In this document: positions 21,126 to 31,511 of the stretch, piece after piece | Layout of the letters: the number at the start of each line of letters is the position of its first letter | How positions within the stretch are numbered: position 1 is the first letter of the stretch | Assembly: GCA_964628215.1 (NCBI GenBank) | Contig: CAZVNF010000003.1 | Coordinates: 1-54,322 of the forward strand | DNA: 54,322 bases | Source: an uncultured Draconibacterium sp. | GTDB lineage: Bacteria > Bacteroidota > Bacteroidia > Bacteroidales > FEN-979 | Reading direction: 5' to 3' | Translations under genes and position numbers: made by a program | The notes under the pieces: model-generated | What the model was told of the DNA's origin: nothing | The model's database searches: none | Seen by the model: only the letters and a program-made list of their open reading frames with translations

Positions 21126-22373
21126 ATGGCCATATTAAAACCATTCAGAGGTCTGAGACCTCCTGTTGAAATAGTGAAAGAACTGGCTTCCAGACCTTAT
21201 GATGTTCTCAACTCGGCAGAAGCAAGGGAAGAAGCAGACAATAACCAGTATTCACTTCTGCATATCATAAAACCGGAAATTGATTTACCTGAATCAATGG
21301 ATATTCATTCTCAACCGGTATATGATAAGGCAAAGGAGAATTTTGAATTATTCAGGAAAAACGGATGGTTAAGCCCTGATAACAAGGAGCTGTTATATAT
21401 CTATGCCCAAACGATGAACGGCAAAACCCAATATGGTCTTGTAGGTTGTGCCGGGGTGGCTGACTACCTTAATGGGATTATTAAAAAGCACGAACTTACC
21501 CGCAAAGACAAGGAAGAAGACCGGATGAAGCATGTTCGCATAACCAATGCCAATATGGAGCCTGTTTTCTTTACATACCCTGCAGTTGCTGAAATAGACG
21601 AAATCGTATCAAATTTAGTCGCAAAAAATCTGCCTGAATACGACTTTGTTGCAGATGATGGTGTAGGACACCATTTCTGGGTGATCAGAGATGCCGCACT
21701 AATCGAAAGGCTGGTAGCATTGTTCAAATTGGTTCCCTGTACCTATGTTGCCGACGGTCATCACAGAACCGCCGCAGCAGCCCTGGTTGGAAATGAAAAG
21801 AAGCTCAATAATCCTCACCATACAGGTAATGAAGAGTATAATTACTTCCTGGCTGTTCATTTTCCAGACAACCAGCTTTCAATTATTGATTACAACAGGG
21901 TGGTAAAAGATCTGAATGGACTGACCATTGAAGATTTTTTTGAAAAGCTGAAACTGGTTTTTACAATTGAAAAACAGGGTGAAAACATTTATAAACCTTC
22001 TGCCTTACATAATTTCAGTTTGTATATTGAAGGTGAATGGTATTCTATGACAGCAAAAACAGGCACGTTCAATGATGCAGATCCCATCGGGGTGCTGGAT
22101 GTAACGATCCTTTCCCGCCTGGTTTTAGATAATATCCTTGGGATAAAGGATTTAAGAACCTCTACGAGGATTGATTTTATCGGCGGTATACGCGGTTTGG
22201 GTGAATTAAAAAAGCGTGTTGACAGTGGAGAAATGAAGGTTGCATTTGCTTTGTATCCCGTTTCCATGCAGCAATTGATCAATATTGCCGATTCAGGTAA
22301 CATCATGCCACCAAAAACAACCTGGTTTGAACCTAAACTGCGTTCAGGATTAGTGGTTCACTCATTGGATTAG
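21126..22373 (+). CDS. DUF1015 family protein
   Basis: 415-aa ORF. The N-terminus ILKPFRGLRP...ASRPYDVL and the central VADGHHR motif are typical of DUF1015. Confidence 0.75.
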   Translation: MAILKPFRGLRPPVEIVKELASRPYDVLNSAEAREEADNNQYSLLHIIKPEIDLPESMDIHSQPVYDKAKENFELFRKNGWLSPDNKELLYIYAQTMNGKTQYGLVGCAGVADYLNGIIKKHELTRKDKEEDRMKHVRITNANMEPVFFTYPAVAEIDEIVSNLVAKNLPEYDFVADDGVGHHFWVIRDAALIERLVALFKLVPCTYVADGHHRTAAAALVGNEKKLNNPHHTGNEEYNYFLAVHFPDNQLSIIDYNRVVKDLNGLTIEDFFEKLKLVFTIEKQGENIYKPSALHNFSLYIEGEWYSMTAKTGTFNDADPIGVLDVTILSRLVLDNILGIKDLRTSTRIDFIGGIRGLGELKKRVDSGEMKVAFALYPVSMQQLINIADSGNIMPPKTTWFEPKLRSGLVVHSLD

Positions 22374-22388
22374 GTTACTGCACGAGAT

Positions 22389-24245
22389 TCAGTTGCTCAT
22401 GTATTGTCCGAAGACCGTTTGAAGATAGGCCTTTCCTTCCTGTTTTATGGAATCTGAAAGGTTCGGATCGGTCCAGTGATAGTAAAAATCAGCGCCCTTA
22501 TCATAGGTGAAATACCCGTTGGGCCTGATCCAGCCTACTCCATCTTCTGTAGTATAATAGGCAAATTCAGGGGAGGCCGGATTTAGCAGGTTTTTACTAA
22601 ATTGATAATCACCGGAAGGCAAGTGGAGTTGTCCGAGTAAGGTTGCTGCAATGTCGTGCTGATTGCCCAGTTTATGGCAAATTGTGCCCCGGAATGATTC
22701 TTTGATTACATTTCCATAGAATAACATAGGGATCTTGTGGTACTCTTTTGAATAAGGGTGGTAGTTTCGGTATGAATTATGACTGTGATCTGCCACAATG
22801 ATGAATAACGTGTTGTTAAACCAGGGCTTGGCTCCTGCTGAAGCAAAAAACTCTCCCAGGCAGTGGTCGGTATAAAAGGCACCGTTGATATAGTCGTGTT
22901 CATTATCCCCCCATTTCAGTGGTTTATGAAATGGCTGATCCCACGGAGAATGAGTACTTAAGGTGAAAAGCGAGGCGAAAAAGGGTTGTTTCATGTTTTC
23001 CAGGTCGTTCACCAGGTACCCAAGAGTAAATTCATCATGAATTCCAAGTTTGCCCTGGGGCATACTTTGAGGAAAGTTCTCCCCTTCCATTATTTTGTCA
23101 AAGCCATTGAAAATGATGTAACTCCTGATGTTACCATAAATTAATTGCCCTCCAAAATAGAAAGAAGAACTGTATCCGGTTTTTTCGAGATCCTTTACGA
23201 TACTGGGTAATTTAACAAATTTATCGGGCTGGACCGTAATTGAACTTACCGGATGTGCCGGGAATCCGCCAAATATGGATGCCATCCCCTGTTCTGAACG
23301 TGCACCGGAAGCATATACCTGGTCAAAAAGGATTCCATTTTTTTCCAGTTTTTTAAACTCAGGTGTAATTCCCGGATCGGCTCCCAAACTTTCAATTAAA
23401 TCGGCCGACCAACTTTCAAGAATTAATAAAACAACATTAGGCCGGCTGGTTGTAAGAACATATTGAGTAGAATCACCTCCGGAGGTATATATTTTCTTCA
23501 TAACCGCAGCAGCAGTATTTTTGTCCATGAAAACATATGGATTGTGGTCGAAATTTTTCAGATTCTCAAAAACACTGATATACAGGTTAAACGCATTATT
23601 GACGGCTGCAATATTCAGGATATTGTGGGTTGAATAGTAGGATTCGCTCTGGTTAATGGGGATAGGTTTTATCCCGCCTCTAAGGCCAACAAACAACAAT
23701 CCAGGCACAATGATTAGAAATGCCAGGAAATACCAGAGGTTACGGACGGTTTTCTCCTGGTTCAGGTAGAAAACCCTGTTATAGGCCAGGATAGCTCCTG
23801 TGCTGACAATAAGGAATATTACAACAAGCAAGTAAAATGTACCACTTTCAGCTGAATTGAAAATTTCACCGGGATGGCTGAGATATTTTAAAACCTTATA
23901 AGTCAGTTTGGTTTTCCATTCTGCATATATCCCCATTTCTCCTGCGGTACTCAGGGTATACACCGTGATTACAAAGCCAGCATATATCCTGTTCACGAGA
24001 TTCAGCCACCGAAGGTTCCATACCGATTGAATGGCAAGAATGAAAAACGGAATGACCAGTATATAGCAGGAGGTTGCCAGGTCAAGTTTCAGGGAATGAA
24101 AAAAAATTCCAAGCACTTCAGTGAACCTGATTTTCTCGATAACAATGATATCCAGGTAGTATATGATAAAAATCAACCGTGTAAGGTTGAAAAATATGAT
24201 CCAGAAAGCGAGTTGACGTAAGAGCGATAAGACTATTTTTCTCAT
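22389..24245 (-). CDS. LTA synthase / sulfatase-family membrane protein (alkaline-phosphatase superfamily)
   Basis: 618-aa ORF with about 5 N-terminal TM helices followed by a sulfatase-like domain (VVLLILESWSADL, HDEFTLG, STHSPW, IIVADHSH). Confidence 0.75.
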   Translation of the reverse strand: MRKIVLSLLRQLAFWIIFFNLTRLIFIIYYLDIIVIEKIRFTEVLGIFFHSLKLDLATSCYILVIPFFILAIQSVWNLRWLNLVNRIYAGFVITVYTLSTAGEMGIYAEWKTKLTYKVLKYLSHPGEIFNSAESGTFYLLVVIFLIVSTGAILAYNRVFYLNQEKTVRNLWYFLAFLIIVPGLLFVGLRGGIKPIPINQSESYYSTHNILNIAAVNNAFNLYISVFENLKNFDHNPYVFMDKNTAAAVMKKIYTSGGDSTQYVLTTSRPNVVLLILESWSADLIESLGADPGITPEFKKLEKNGILFDQVYASGARSEQGMASIFGGFPAHPVSSITVQPDKFVKLPSIVKDLEKTGYSSSFYFGGQLIYGNIRSYIIFNGFDKIMEGENFPQSMPQGKLGIHDEFTLGYLVNDLENMKQPFFASLFTLSTHSPWDQPFHKPLKWGDNEHDYINGAFYTDHCLGEFFASAGAKPWFNNTLFIIVADHSHNSYRNYHPYSKEYHKIPMLFYGNVIKESFRGTICHKLGNQHDIAATLLGQLHLPSGDYQFSKNLLNPASPEFAYYTTEDGVGWIRPNGYFTYDKGADFYYHWTDPNLSDSIKQEGKAYLQTVFGQYMSN

Positions 24246-24293
24246 AATAATAAAAATGCAAAGGTAAGCCTTAGACTCATTCGCTCAAATGCG

Positions 24294-24301
24294 TATTTTT
24301 G
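24294..24301 (+). promoter_or_regulatory. candidate -7 promoter element (TAttTTTG)
   Basis: Exact TAnnTTTG match 22 nt upstream of the TTG start at 24323. Confidence 0.3.
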
Positions 24302-24322
24302 TTCCGGTAAAACCTTCCCGCT

Positions 24323-24985
24323 TTGAATATTACCGATAACATCCTGTTTCTTAGAAAGTCAATTCCGGCTCATGTCACCCTTGTTGCCGTATCGAAAATG
24401 CAGCCATTAGCTGCCTTGCAGGCTGCATATCAGGCAGGCCAGCGGATTTTCGGTGAGAATAAAGTCCAGGAGCTGATTATGAAACAAGCGCAGCTGCCTT
24501 CAGATATTGACTGGCATTTTATCGGACATCTGCAGACCAATAAAGTTAAATACCTGGCCACATTTATCAGTTTAATTCACAGCATCGACAGCCTGAACCT
24601 TTTAAAAGAGGTGGATAAGGAGGCCAGGAAATGCAACCGTGTGATTCATTGTCTGCTACAGTTTCATATAGCAACGGAAGAGACTAAATTCGGGCTGAAC
24701 CTGAATGATGCCCGGGAGATCCTTGAGTCGGCAGAAATTCATGAAATGAAAAATGTTTTAATCACCGGAGTCATGGGAATGAGCAGCTTTTCAGATGACT
24801 TCACCCTGGTAAGAAAGGAGTTCAAGCATCTGTACAGTCTTTTTCAGACCCTTAAAAGTCTCTATTTCCCGGAACAGGATACCTTCCGGGTGATTTCGAT
24901 GGGGATGTCGGGGGATTACAATATTGCGATTGAAGAGGGCAGCACCCTTGTTCGCATTGGTACATCAATCTTTGGCGATAGATAA
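24323..24985 (+). CDS. yggS: YggS family pyridoxal-phosphate homeostasis protein
   Basis: 220-aa ORF with a TTG start. Motifs VAVSKMQP (PLP Lys), FGENKVQE, HFIGHLQTNK and SMGMSGDY are present. Confidence 0.88.
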   Translation: MNITDNILFLRKSIPAHVTLVAVSKMQPLAALQAAYQAGQRIFGENKVQELIMKQAQLPSDIDWHFIGHLQTNKVKYLATFISLIHSIDSLNLLKEVDKEARKCNRVIHCLLQFHIATEETKFGLNLNDAREILESAEIHEMKNVLITGVMGMSSFSDDFTLVRKEFKHLYSLFQTLKSLYFPEQDTFRVISMGMSGDYNIAIEEGSTLVRIGTSIFGDR

Positions 24986-25017
24986 TATTAGCCGGGATTA
25001 TAACACCGGTAAAAATA

Positions 25018-25899
25018 TCATCCCTTCATTACCTTACCAGAAATAAACCGTTCCTTTCCGTGGAAGTCATTGTGAATTGTAACATCTTTAAATCCACATG
25101 AGGTGACCAGGTCTTTAACCTCTTTTCCAAACCGCTCATTTATTTCAAAATACAAGCACCCTGAGGGTGCCAGGTGTTCGGCTGCAAACGAAGAAATAGC
25201 CATATAATACAAAAGCGGCTGCTCATCCGGAACAAATAAAGCCTGCACTGGTTCATATTCAAGTACATTGCGGTGCATAAGCTGTTTTTCACTTTCTGTT
25301 ACATAAGGTGGATTGCTTACGATCAGATGATAGGTGCCAAGACCCTGCCAATCAAGGGGATTGAGAATGTCGGATTGAATAAAGTTTATTTCGCAGTGGT
25401 TGGAGATGGCGTTTTTCCGGGCCACTTCCAGCGCCCCCGTAGAAACGTCTGTAGCAGTAACTTCAGAACAGGAAAATCCCTTTTTCAGATCTATTGAAAT
25501 ACACCCTGAACCGGTGCCAATATCAAGGATAGAAAGGTGATGCTTTTCCATTCCCGTATAATCTTTCTTTATCAGCGAACAAAGTTCCACCGTTTCAGGG
25601 CGGGGAACGAGCACATTCGAATTAACTTCAAGCAATGAACCATTGAACCATGCACTGCCAATAATGTACTGAATGGGCTTACCGTTACTCAACTCCTCTA
25701 TTGCTGACATAAAAGGAATTAAAGCCGTTTCGGGAATCACCTCGTTATATGATAAATGCACCTTACTTTTCTCCCATCCCAGGTAAAATTCGAAAAGCAT
25801 ATATATAAGGTGTCGGATTTCCCCGGGAGGATAAATCGCGGACAGCCGGTTTTCGAAATTTCTGATCAAATATTTTACTTGCAGACTCGTTTGTACCAT
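25018..25899 (-). CDS. prmC: peptide chain release factor N5-glutamine methyltransferase
   Basis: 293-aa ORF with the SAM motif ILDIGTGSGCI, the catalytic NPPY (VSNPPYV) and a HemK-type N-terminal domain. Confidence 0.88.
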   Translation of the reverse strand: MVQTSLQVKYLIRNFENRLSAIYPPGEIRHLIYMLFEFYLGWEKSKVHLSYNEVIPETALIPFMSAIEELSNGKPIQYIIGSAWFNGSLLEVNSNVLVPRPETVELCSLIKKDYTGMEKHHLSILDIGTGSGCISIDLKKGFSCSEVTATDVSTGALEVARKNAISNHCEINFIQSDILNPLDWQGLGTYHLIVSNPPYVTESEKQLMHRNVLEYEPVQALFVPDEQPLLYYMAISSFAAEHLAPSGCLYFEINERFGKEVKDLVTSCGFKDVTIHNDFHGKERFISGKVMKG

Positions 25900-25934
25900 A
25901 CCACGAAATTAAAAATAAAAGTAACTTCGCCGCG

Positions 25935-26543
25935 ATGGAACCCATGAAAGATTCATATCACTCCATTGCCGGCGAATCCCGGGCAATCTACCGGGAAAAA
26001 GCCAGTAAATTTCTGGCAGTGGCCTTGCCTGTTTCAACGGAAGAAGAAGTAAAAGCCTGCCTGGATGAGTTAAGAAAGGTATACCATGATGCAAACCATC
26101 ATTGTTACGCATACCGGCTTGGTGCGGATAATCAAGCCTACAGGGTGAATGATGATGGTGAGCCATCGGGGTCGGCAGGAAAGCCGATATACGGGCAAAT
26201 ACTCTCTGTAGGGTTATCAGATATCCTGATCGTAGTCATCCGTTATTTTGGTGGAACAAAGCTGGGCATTCCGGGACTTATTCATGCCTACAAAACCACG
26301 GCTCGTGAAGCACTTGAGCAAGCGGTGGTTATCGAAAAAATAATGAGTGCCCGGTATACCGTCACATTTGACTACCAGATGATGAATGAAATCATGCGTA
26401 TTTTGAAGGACGAGGGTGTTAAAATTTCAAAGCAGACCTCTTTGGACCGATGCCAGATCGACTTTGAAATCAGAAGGAGTTTTGCAGAAAAAATTGAGAA
26501 CCGTTTAAACAGGCTCAGAGACATTACGTTAGTATTAAAGTAA
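25935..26543 (+). CDS. yigZ: YigZ / IMPACT family protein
   Basis: 202-aa ORF with SKFLAVALPV, HHCYAYRLG, DDGEPSGSAGKPI and VVIRYFGGTKLG. Confidence 0.85.
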   Translation: MEPMKDSYHSIAGESRAIYREKASKFLAVALPVSTEEEVKACLDELRKVYHDANHHCYAYRLGADNQAYRVNDDGEPSGSAGKPIYGQILSVGLSDILIVVIRYFGGTKLGIPGLIHAYKTTAREALEQAVVIEKIMSARYTVTFDYQMMNEIMRILKDEGVKISKQTSLDRCQIDFEIRRSFAEKIENRLNRLRDITLVLK

Positions 26544-26936
26544 TAAAAAAACACAAATGCCAACAATTATCATTCCGTATGAAACCCCTTGAAAAGGTTG
26601 ATTTTGTTAACTAATTGATAGATAAGCATCATGTTATTTATTGTCATTCTAAATAATAGATCACACCCTGTATTTTTAAATAACCAATATGCTGAGATGA
26701 TGCCGGATAGGTTTGGTCAAGTGTATTTTTGCATGAACTGACAGGTCATTTCTGAAAACATTTTTTTAATTAATCAAGGGTAAAACATTTTTTTTATTCA
26801 CTTTTTTTTCCAAAATTTGTTAATTAAATCAAGTGACCCTACCAGGAGGGATTTTGACTGCTAGACAATTCCCAACGCCTTGATAAATATAACGATACGA
26901 TAAAGAAGCAATTCATCATACATGGTAATTTAATTA
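26544..26936. promoter_or_regulatory. AT-rich dnaA upstream region (dnaA promoter; possible oriC/DUE)
   Basis: 393-bp non-coding gap, the largest in the window. It holds:
- AAAACATTTTTTT twice (26755-26767 and 26782-26794)
- TTAATTAA(A)TCAAG twice (26766-26778 and 26820-26833)
- two TAnnTTTG motifs (26708-26715 and 26724-26731)
- only a degenerate DnaA box (TTATTCACT, 26794-26802). Confidence 0.4.
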
Positions 26937-28373
26937 ATGGAAAAGAACGCAATTGAGGTTTGGGAAAATTGCCTTAAAGTAATAAAAGATAATATAAACT
27001 ATCAGAGTTTCAAAACCTGGTTTTTGCCAATAAATGCAGTAAAACTGCAAGACCGTGTTTTGACAATTCAGGTACCCAGTCAGTTTTTTTACGAATGGCT
27101 TGAAGAACATTATATTGGATTACTTAAAAAGACCATCCGAAAGGAATTGGGACCTGAAGGACGACTTGAGTACAGTATTATTGTAGACAATTCGGACACT
27201 GACCCGGGCCCTTATACGATCAAGATACCAACTGGTGAAAAAAAAGCAACTCTAAATCAGCCTGTGTCCATGCCTATTGATTTAAACAGAGGCACTTCCA
27301 AAGAGATTCCCAACCCTTTTATCATTCCGGGGCTGAAGAAGATCAAGATCAATTCTCAATTGATCGAGAGTTACTCTTTTGATAATTTCATTGAAGGTGA
27401 TTGTAATCGCCTGGCACGGTCAGCGGGTTTTGCCATTGCCAGCAACCCCGGCAAAACGGCGTTTAACCCATTGCTTATTTATAGTCTGACAGGATTGGGC
27501 AAGACTCACCTCTCTCACGCCATTGGCCTTCAGGTTAAGAATAATTTCCCTGAAAAAACGGTGCTGTATGTTACCACCGATCAGTTCACCAACCAGTTCA
27601 TCGATTCTGTCAGGAATAACAATCAAAACGATTTTATTCATTTTTACCAGATGATTGATGTTCTCATCCTCGATGACATTCATAATCTGGCCGGCAAGGA
27701 GAAGACCCAGGATGTGTTTTTCCATATATTCAATCACCTGCACCAGAAAAGCAACCAGATCATTCTTACCTCCGACAAACCACCTGTGGAGATGAAGGGG
27801 ATTGAACCCAGGTTACTTTCACGGTTTAAATGGGGTTTATCGGCTGATTTACAGATCCCCGACCTTGAAACACGTATTGCCATTCTTCACAAGAAATTAT
27901 ACAACGACGGGATCCAGATACCTCCTGAGGTAATTGAATATATCGCATACAATATAAATACCAATATCAGGGAACTCGAAGGAGCGCTTATTTCTCTTCT
28001 TGCCCAGTCATCACTTAACAAGAAAACCATTACACTGGAACTTGCCAAACAGATGATTGACAAGTTTGTGAGAAATACTTCCCGCGAGGTATCCATTGAT
28101 TATATTCAAAAGGTTGTTTGTGAGTTTTTCAACATTCCGGTCGATATGATTTACTCTAAAACGAGGAAAAGAGAAATTGTACAGGCCCGCCAGCTGTCTA
28201 TGTATTTTTCAAAGAAGCATACAAAATCTTCCCTTGCCAGTATTGGCCTGCATTGCGGAAATAAAGACCATGCCACTGTTCTTCATGCCTGCCGGACAGT
28301 CAACAATCTTGTTGAAACTGACAAGCAGTTTCGTCAGTTTGTTGAAGAACTTGACAAACGGATTAAACTTTAA
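26937..28373 (+). CDS. dnaA: chromosomal replication initiator protein DnaA
   Basis: 478-aa ORF with Walker A GLGKTHL, Walker B LILDDIH, the sensor region and a C-terminal DNA-binding domain (RQLSMYF...DHATVLHA). Confidence 0.97.
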   Translation: MEKNAIEVWENCLKVIKDNINYQSFKTWFLPINAVKLQDRVLTIQVPSQFFYEWLEEHYIGLLKKTIRKELGPEGRLEYSIIVDNSDTDPGPYTIKIPTGEKKATLNQPVSMPIDLNRGTSKEIPNPFIIPGLKKIKINSQLIESYSFDNFIEGDCNRLARSAGFAIASNPGKTAFNPLLIYSLTGLGKTHLSHAIGLQVKNNFPEKTVLYVTTDQFTNQFIDSVRNNNQNDFIHFYQMIDVLILDDIHNLAGKEKTQDVFFHIFNHLHQKSNQIILTSDKPPVEMKGIEPRLLSRFKWGLSADLQIPDLETRIAILHKKLYNDGIQIPPEVIEYIAYNINTNIRELEGALISLLAQSSLNKKTITLELAKQMIDKFVRNTSREVSIDYIQKVVCEFFNIPVDMIYSKTRKREIVQARQLSMYFSKKHTKSSLASIGLHCGNKDHATVLHACRTVNNLVETDKQFRQFVEELDKRIKL

Positions 28374-28390
28374 CAGAACCCCTTCCCACT

Positions 28391-28867
28391 TTGAGAAAAG
28401 TACTCTTCGTATGTACCGGTAATATTTGCCGGTCTCCTCTTGCAGAAGGCATTCTCCGTGAAAAGCTGAATAAAAGGAACATTGCTGCAGAAGTTGACTC
28501 CTGCGGATTTGAATCATTTCATGTGGGTGATTCCCCTGATTCCAGGGCACTGGAAGTTGCTGCCAAACGCGGAATCGATTTGTCATCCCATCGGGCACGA
28601 TTATTTTCTTCCCGTGATTTTGACAGGTTTGATTATATTTATGCAATGGATTCAACCCATTACAATAATATCATGCGGGTTGCCAGGAATGATTCGGACA
28701 GAGAAAAAGTAGATTATATGCTGAATGTGTTGTACCCTGGAGAAAACCGTGGTGTTCAGGATCCATGGTACCATAATCTGAAGGCCTTTGAAAATGTATA
28801 CCTGCAACTGGATGAGGCCTGCGATGCGCTTGTTGCCAGGATTATTTCTGAATCTGCGAAAAAATGA
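28391..28867 (+). CDS. low-molecular-weight protein-tyrosine phosphatase
   Basis: 158-aa ORF with a TTG start and no in-frame ATG nearby. The P-loop is CTGNICRS (Cx5R-S) and the general-acid Asp lies in VQDPWY. Confidence 0.88.
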   Translation: MRKVLFVCTGNICRSPLAEGILREKLNKRNIAAEVDSCGFESFHVGDSPDSRALEVAAKRGIDLSSHRARLFSSRDFDRFDYIYAMDSTHYNNIMRVARNDSDREKVDYMLNVLYPGENRGVQDPWYHNLKAFENVYLQLDEACDALVARIISESAKK

Positions 28868-29829
28868 GTGGCAGGGGGCAAATACAAGCACAAGCCATCC
28901 TGGATGCAGCCGGCAGGATTTCCCCGTTTATTAACCGGACCCCCGTACTCACATCACATACGATCAATCGGTTATACAATACCCGGTTATTTTTTAAATG
29001 CGAGAATTTTCAGAAAGTAGGTGCATTCAAAGCACGCGGGGCTACAAATGCCGTTCTGTCCCTGGAGAAAGACCAACTTAGATCGGGGGTAGCCACACAT
29101 TCATCGGGAAACCATGCTCAAGCTCTTGCATGGGCTGCCTCGCTGGTGAATACACGGGCATATATTGTGATGCCAGCCAACTCATCAAAAATAAAAGTGG
29201 CGGCAGTAAAGGATTATGGCGGGTTGATCACTTTTTGTGAACCAACCCTGGAAGCCAGGGAGAGCACCCTGGCAGAAGTCCTTGCAAATACAGGCGCCAC
29301 TGAAATCCATCCATATAACAATGAAACCATTATTGCCGGACAAGCTACCGCGGCTATGGAACTTATAGAAGAGGTTCCGGCGCTCGATATTATCATAGCC
29401 CCGGTTGGAGGAGGTGGATTGCTTAGCGGAACAGCGCTTTCTGTAAATTATTTCCTTCCGGGGGCCAGTGTGATCGCCACCGAGCCCGAACAGGCCAATG
29501 ATGCCTGGAGATCCTTTACAAGCCGGGAATTTTGCCCTTCCGTGAATCCCGACACCATTGCCGACGGACTGCGCACATCCCTGGGCACCATTACTTATCC
29601 GATCATTCTGAAACATGTACATCAAATCGTTACCGTAAGTGAAACAAGCATCGTGAAGTCTATGCGGTTTTTATGGGAACGGATGAAAATTATGATAGAA
29701 CCTTCTTCTTCGGTTGCTTTCGCAGCTATAATGGAAGGGAAAATTGATGTTGCCGGAAAAAAAACAGGTATTATTATTTCCGGGGGCAATGTGGATCTGG
29801 ACGACTTACCATGGCTGAAACATGACTAA
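28864..29829 (+). CDS. PLP-dependent threonine/serine dehydratase (serine racemase-like fold type II)
   Basis: 321-aa ORF overlapping the upstream stop by 4 nt (ATGA). Motifs FKARGA (PLP Lys), HSSGNHAQA and PVGGGGLLSG are present. Confidence 0.85.
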   Translation: MSGRGQIQAQAILDAAGRISPFINRTPVLTSHTINRLYNTRLFFKCENFQKVGAFKARGATNAVLSLEKDQLRSGVATHSSGNHAQALAWAASLVNTRAYIVMPANSSKIKVAAVKDYGGLITFCEPTLEARESTLAEVLANTGATEIHPYNNETIIAGQATAAMELIEEVPALDIIIAPVGGGGLLSGTALSVNYFLPGASVIATEPEQANDAWRSFTSREFCPSVNPDTIADGLRTSLGTITYPIILKHVHQIVTVSETSIVKSMRFLWERMKIMIEPSSSVAFAAIMEGKIDVAGKKTGIIISGGNVDLDDLPWLKHD

Positions 29830-30529
29830 AGGAACCTTATACCTGATACCCGCATTGCTTTCAGAGGGGAATGTTGACTCTGTACTTCCTGAAGGAACGC
29901 TCGGAATTATACGTAAACTTGAATCCTTCATCGTTGAAGAGATCAGAACAGCACGGAGGTTCCTTATCAAATCAGGAGTGCAGACTCCTATTGATAACCT
30001 TACATTTCAGGTGTTTAACGAGCATTCCAATGACCAGGAACTTCAGGAATACCTGTCAGCTGCGCTGGAAGGCCAGGACATAGGTCTTCTATCGGAAGCA
30101 GGTGTGCCCTGCGTTGCCGATCCGGGAGCGCTGATTGTAAAAACGGCGCATGAACTGGGGATCAGGGTGGTGCCGTTAACCGGACCTTCTTCCATACTGC
30201 TGGCCCTGATGGCTTCCGGATTTAACGGACAGAGCTTTGCATTCGTGGGATATCTCCCGGCGGATAAATTGATGCGGGCAAGAAAAATAAAAGAACTTGA
30301 GAAGAGTATTCTCGAGAAAGACCAAACCCAGATTTTCATTGAAACACCATACCGTAACCTGCATCTGTTCGAAACCCTGGTTGGCACATGCAGGCCGGAT
30401 ACTCAGCTTTGCATTGCAACAGATATCAGCGGGAGTACCGAGATGATTAAAACATTATCGGTGTCAAACTGGAGAAAAATAAAACCTGACATACATAAGA
30501 AACCGGCTATATTTCTGTTATATCATTGA
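29822..30529 (+). CDS. SAM-dependent methyltransferase, tetrapyrrole-methylase fold (RsmI-like)
   Basis: 235-aa ORF overlapping the upstream gene by 8 nt. TLYLIPALL, LLSEAGVPCVADPG and ETPYRN resemble RsmI/YraL-type methylases. Confidence 0.7.
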   Translation: MTKGTLYLIPALLSEGNVDSVLPEGTLGIIRKLESFIVEEIRTARRFLIKSGVQTPIDNLTFQVFNEHSNDQELQEYLSAALEGQDIGLLSEAGVPCVADPGALIVKTAHELGIRVVPLTGPSSILLALMASGFNGQSFAFVGYLPADKLMRARKIKELEKSILEKDQTQIFIETPYRNLHLFETLVGTCRPDTQLCIATDISGSTEMIKTLSVSNWRKIKPDIHKKPAIFLLYH

Positions 30530-30614
30530 AAGTGATTTTCTCGCAGATTTTAGTAATAATATATTAGAATTGTCGTCTAGAGTTTATTAATTTCCCACAT
30601 TTCAACTTTTCAAA

Positions 30615-31511
30615 TTGGAAACCATACTCTCCATTAACAATATTTCGAAGCGATATGGGAAGATACAGGCGGTAAGCAATCTTTCCCTGGAAGTGAAAAG
30701 AGGTCAGGTTTTTGGTATTCTTGGCCCCAATGGCAGCGGGAAGACCACTACCCTCAGTACAATACTTGAGCTAATCAAGGCCAATAGCGGCAATTATCAA
30801 TGGTTTGGTCAACCTCCTTCCAAGGAAAGCCGAAAACGTATTGGCAGCGTAATTGAAAGTCCGAATTTCTTCCCCTATCTCAGTCCTGTTATCAACCTGA
30901 AGATTGTTGCAGATATTAAAGACCTCGGGTATGGAGATATTGAAAGGGTACTCAAGCTGACCGGACTTTTTGAGCGCCGGAACAGCCGGTTTAAAACCTT
31001 TTCTTTCGGAATGAAGCAGCGGCTGGCGGTTGCCTCCGCACTGCTGGGTAACCCGGATGTGCTTATCCTGGATGAGCCAACCAATGGCCTCGATCCGCAG
31101 GGAATTGCCCATATCCGTGAATTGATCCTGCTGGTAGCCAGTGAAGGTACCACCATCATCATCGCTTCGCATTTGCTGGATGAAGTTCAGAAAATATGCA
31201 GCCATGTTGCGGTAATGAGTAAAGGAAACAAGCTGTTTGATGGTAAAGTGAGCGAAGTTCTTGCAGTTTCTGATTCATATGAGGTTGCAGCCAGCAATAT
31301 CGAACTGCTGGTAAGTACTATGAAAACCCATCCTGCATACAAGTCCCTGGTTCAGGGAGCGGATAAAGTACAGGTTTATTTCAAGGATGAGGTGAACCCG
31401 GAAGAATTGAACCGGTTTTTCTATCAGCAGGGGATTATTCTAACCCATTTATCAGAGCGCAAGCGAAGCCTGGAGCAACATTTTCTCGAATTATTAGACC
31501 AAAACAAATGA
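30615..31511 (+). CDS. ABC transporter ATP-binding protein (ABC-2 exporter type)
   Basis: 298-aa ORF with a TTG start. It has Walker A GPNGSGKTT, a signature-like FSFGMKQR, Walker B LILDEPTNGLD and an H-loop ASHLL. Confidence 0.9.
   Translation: METILSINNISKRYGKIQAVSNLSLEVKRGQVFGILGPNGSGKTTTLSTILELIKANSGNYQWFGQPPSKESRKRIGSVIESPNFFPYLSPVINLKIVADIKDLGYGDIERVLKLTGLFERRNSRFKTFSFGMKQRLAVASALLGNPDVLILDEPTNGLDPQGIAHIRELILLVASEGTTIIIASHLLDEVQKICSHVAVMSKGNKLFDGKVSEVLAVSDSYEVAASNIELLVSTMKTHPAYKSLVQGADKVQVYFKDEVNPEELNRFFYQQGIILTHLSERKRSLEQHFLELLDQNK

Noticed and set aside
25909-26166. 85-aa minus-strand His/Pro-rich ORF overlapping the yigZ start
   Set aside because: It is antisense to yigZ, has low-complexity composition, and would overlap the prmC promoter region.
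28209-28655. 148-aa minus-strand ORF spanning the dnaA 3' end and the phosphatase gene
   Set aside because: It is antisense to two motif-supported genes and has no recognisable domain.
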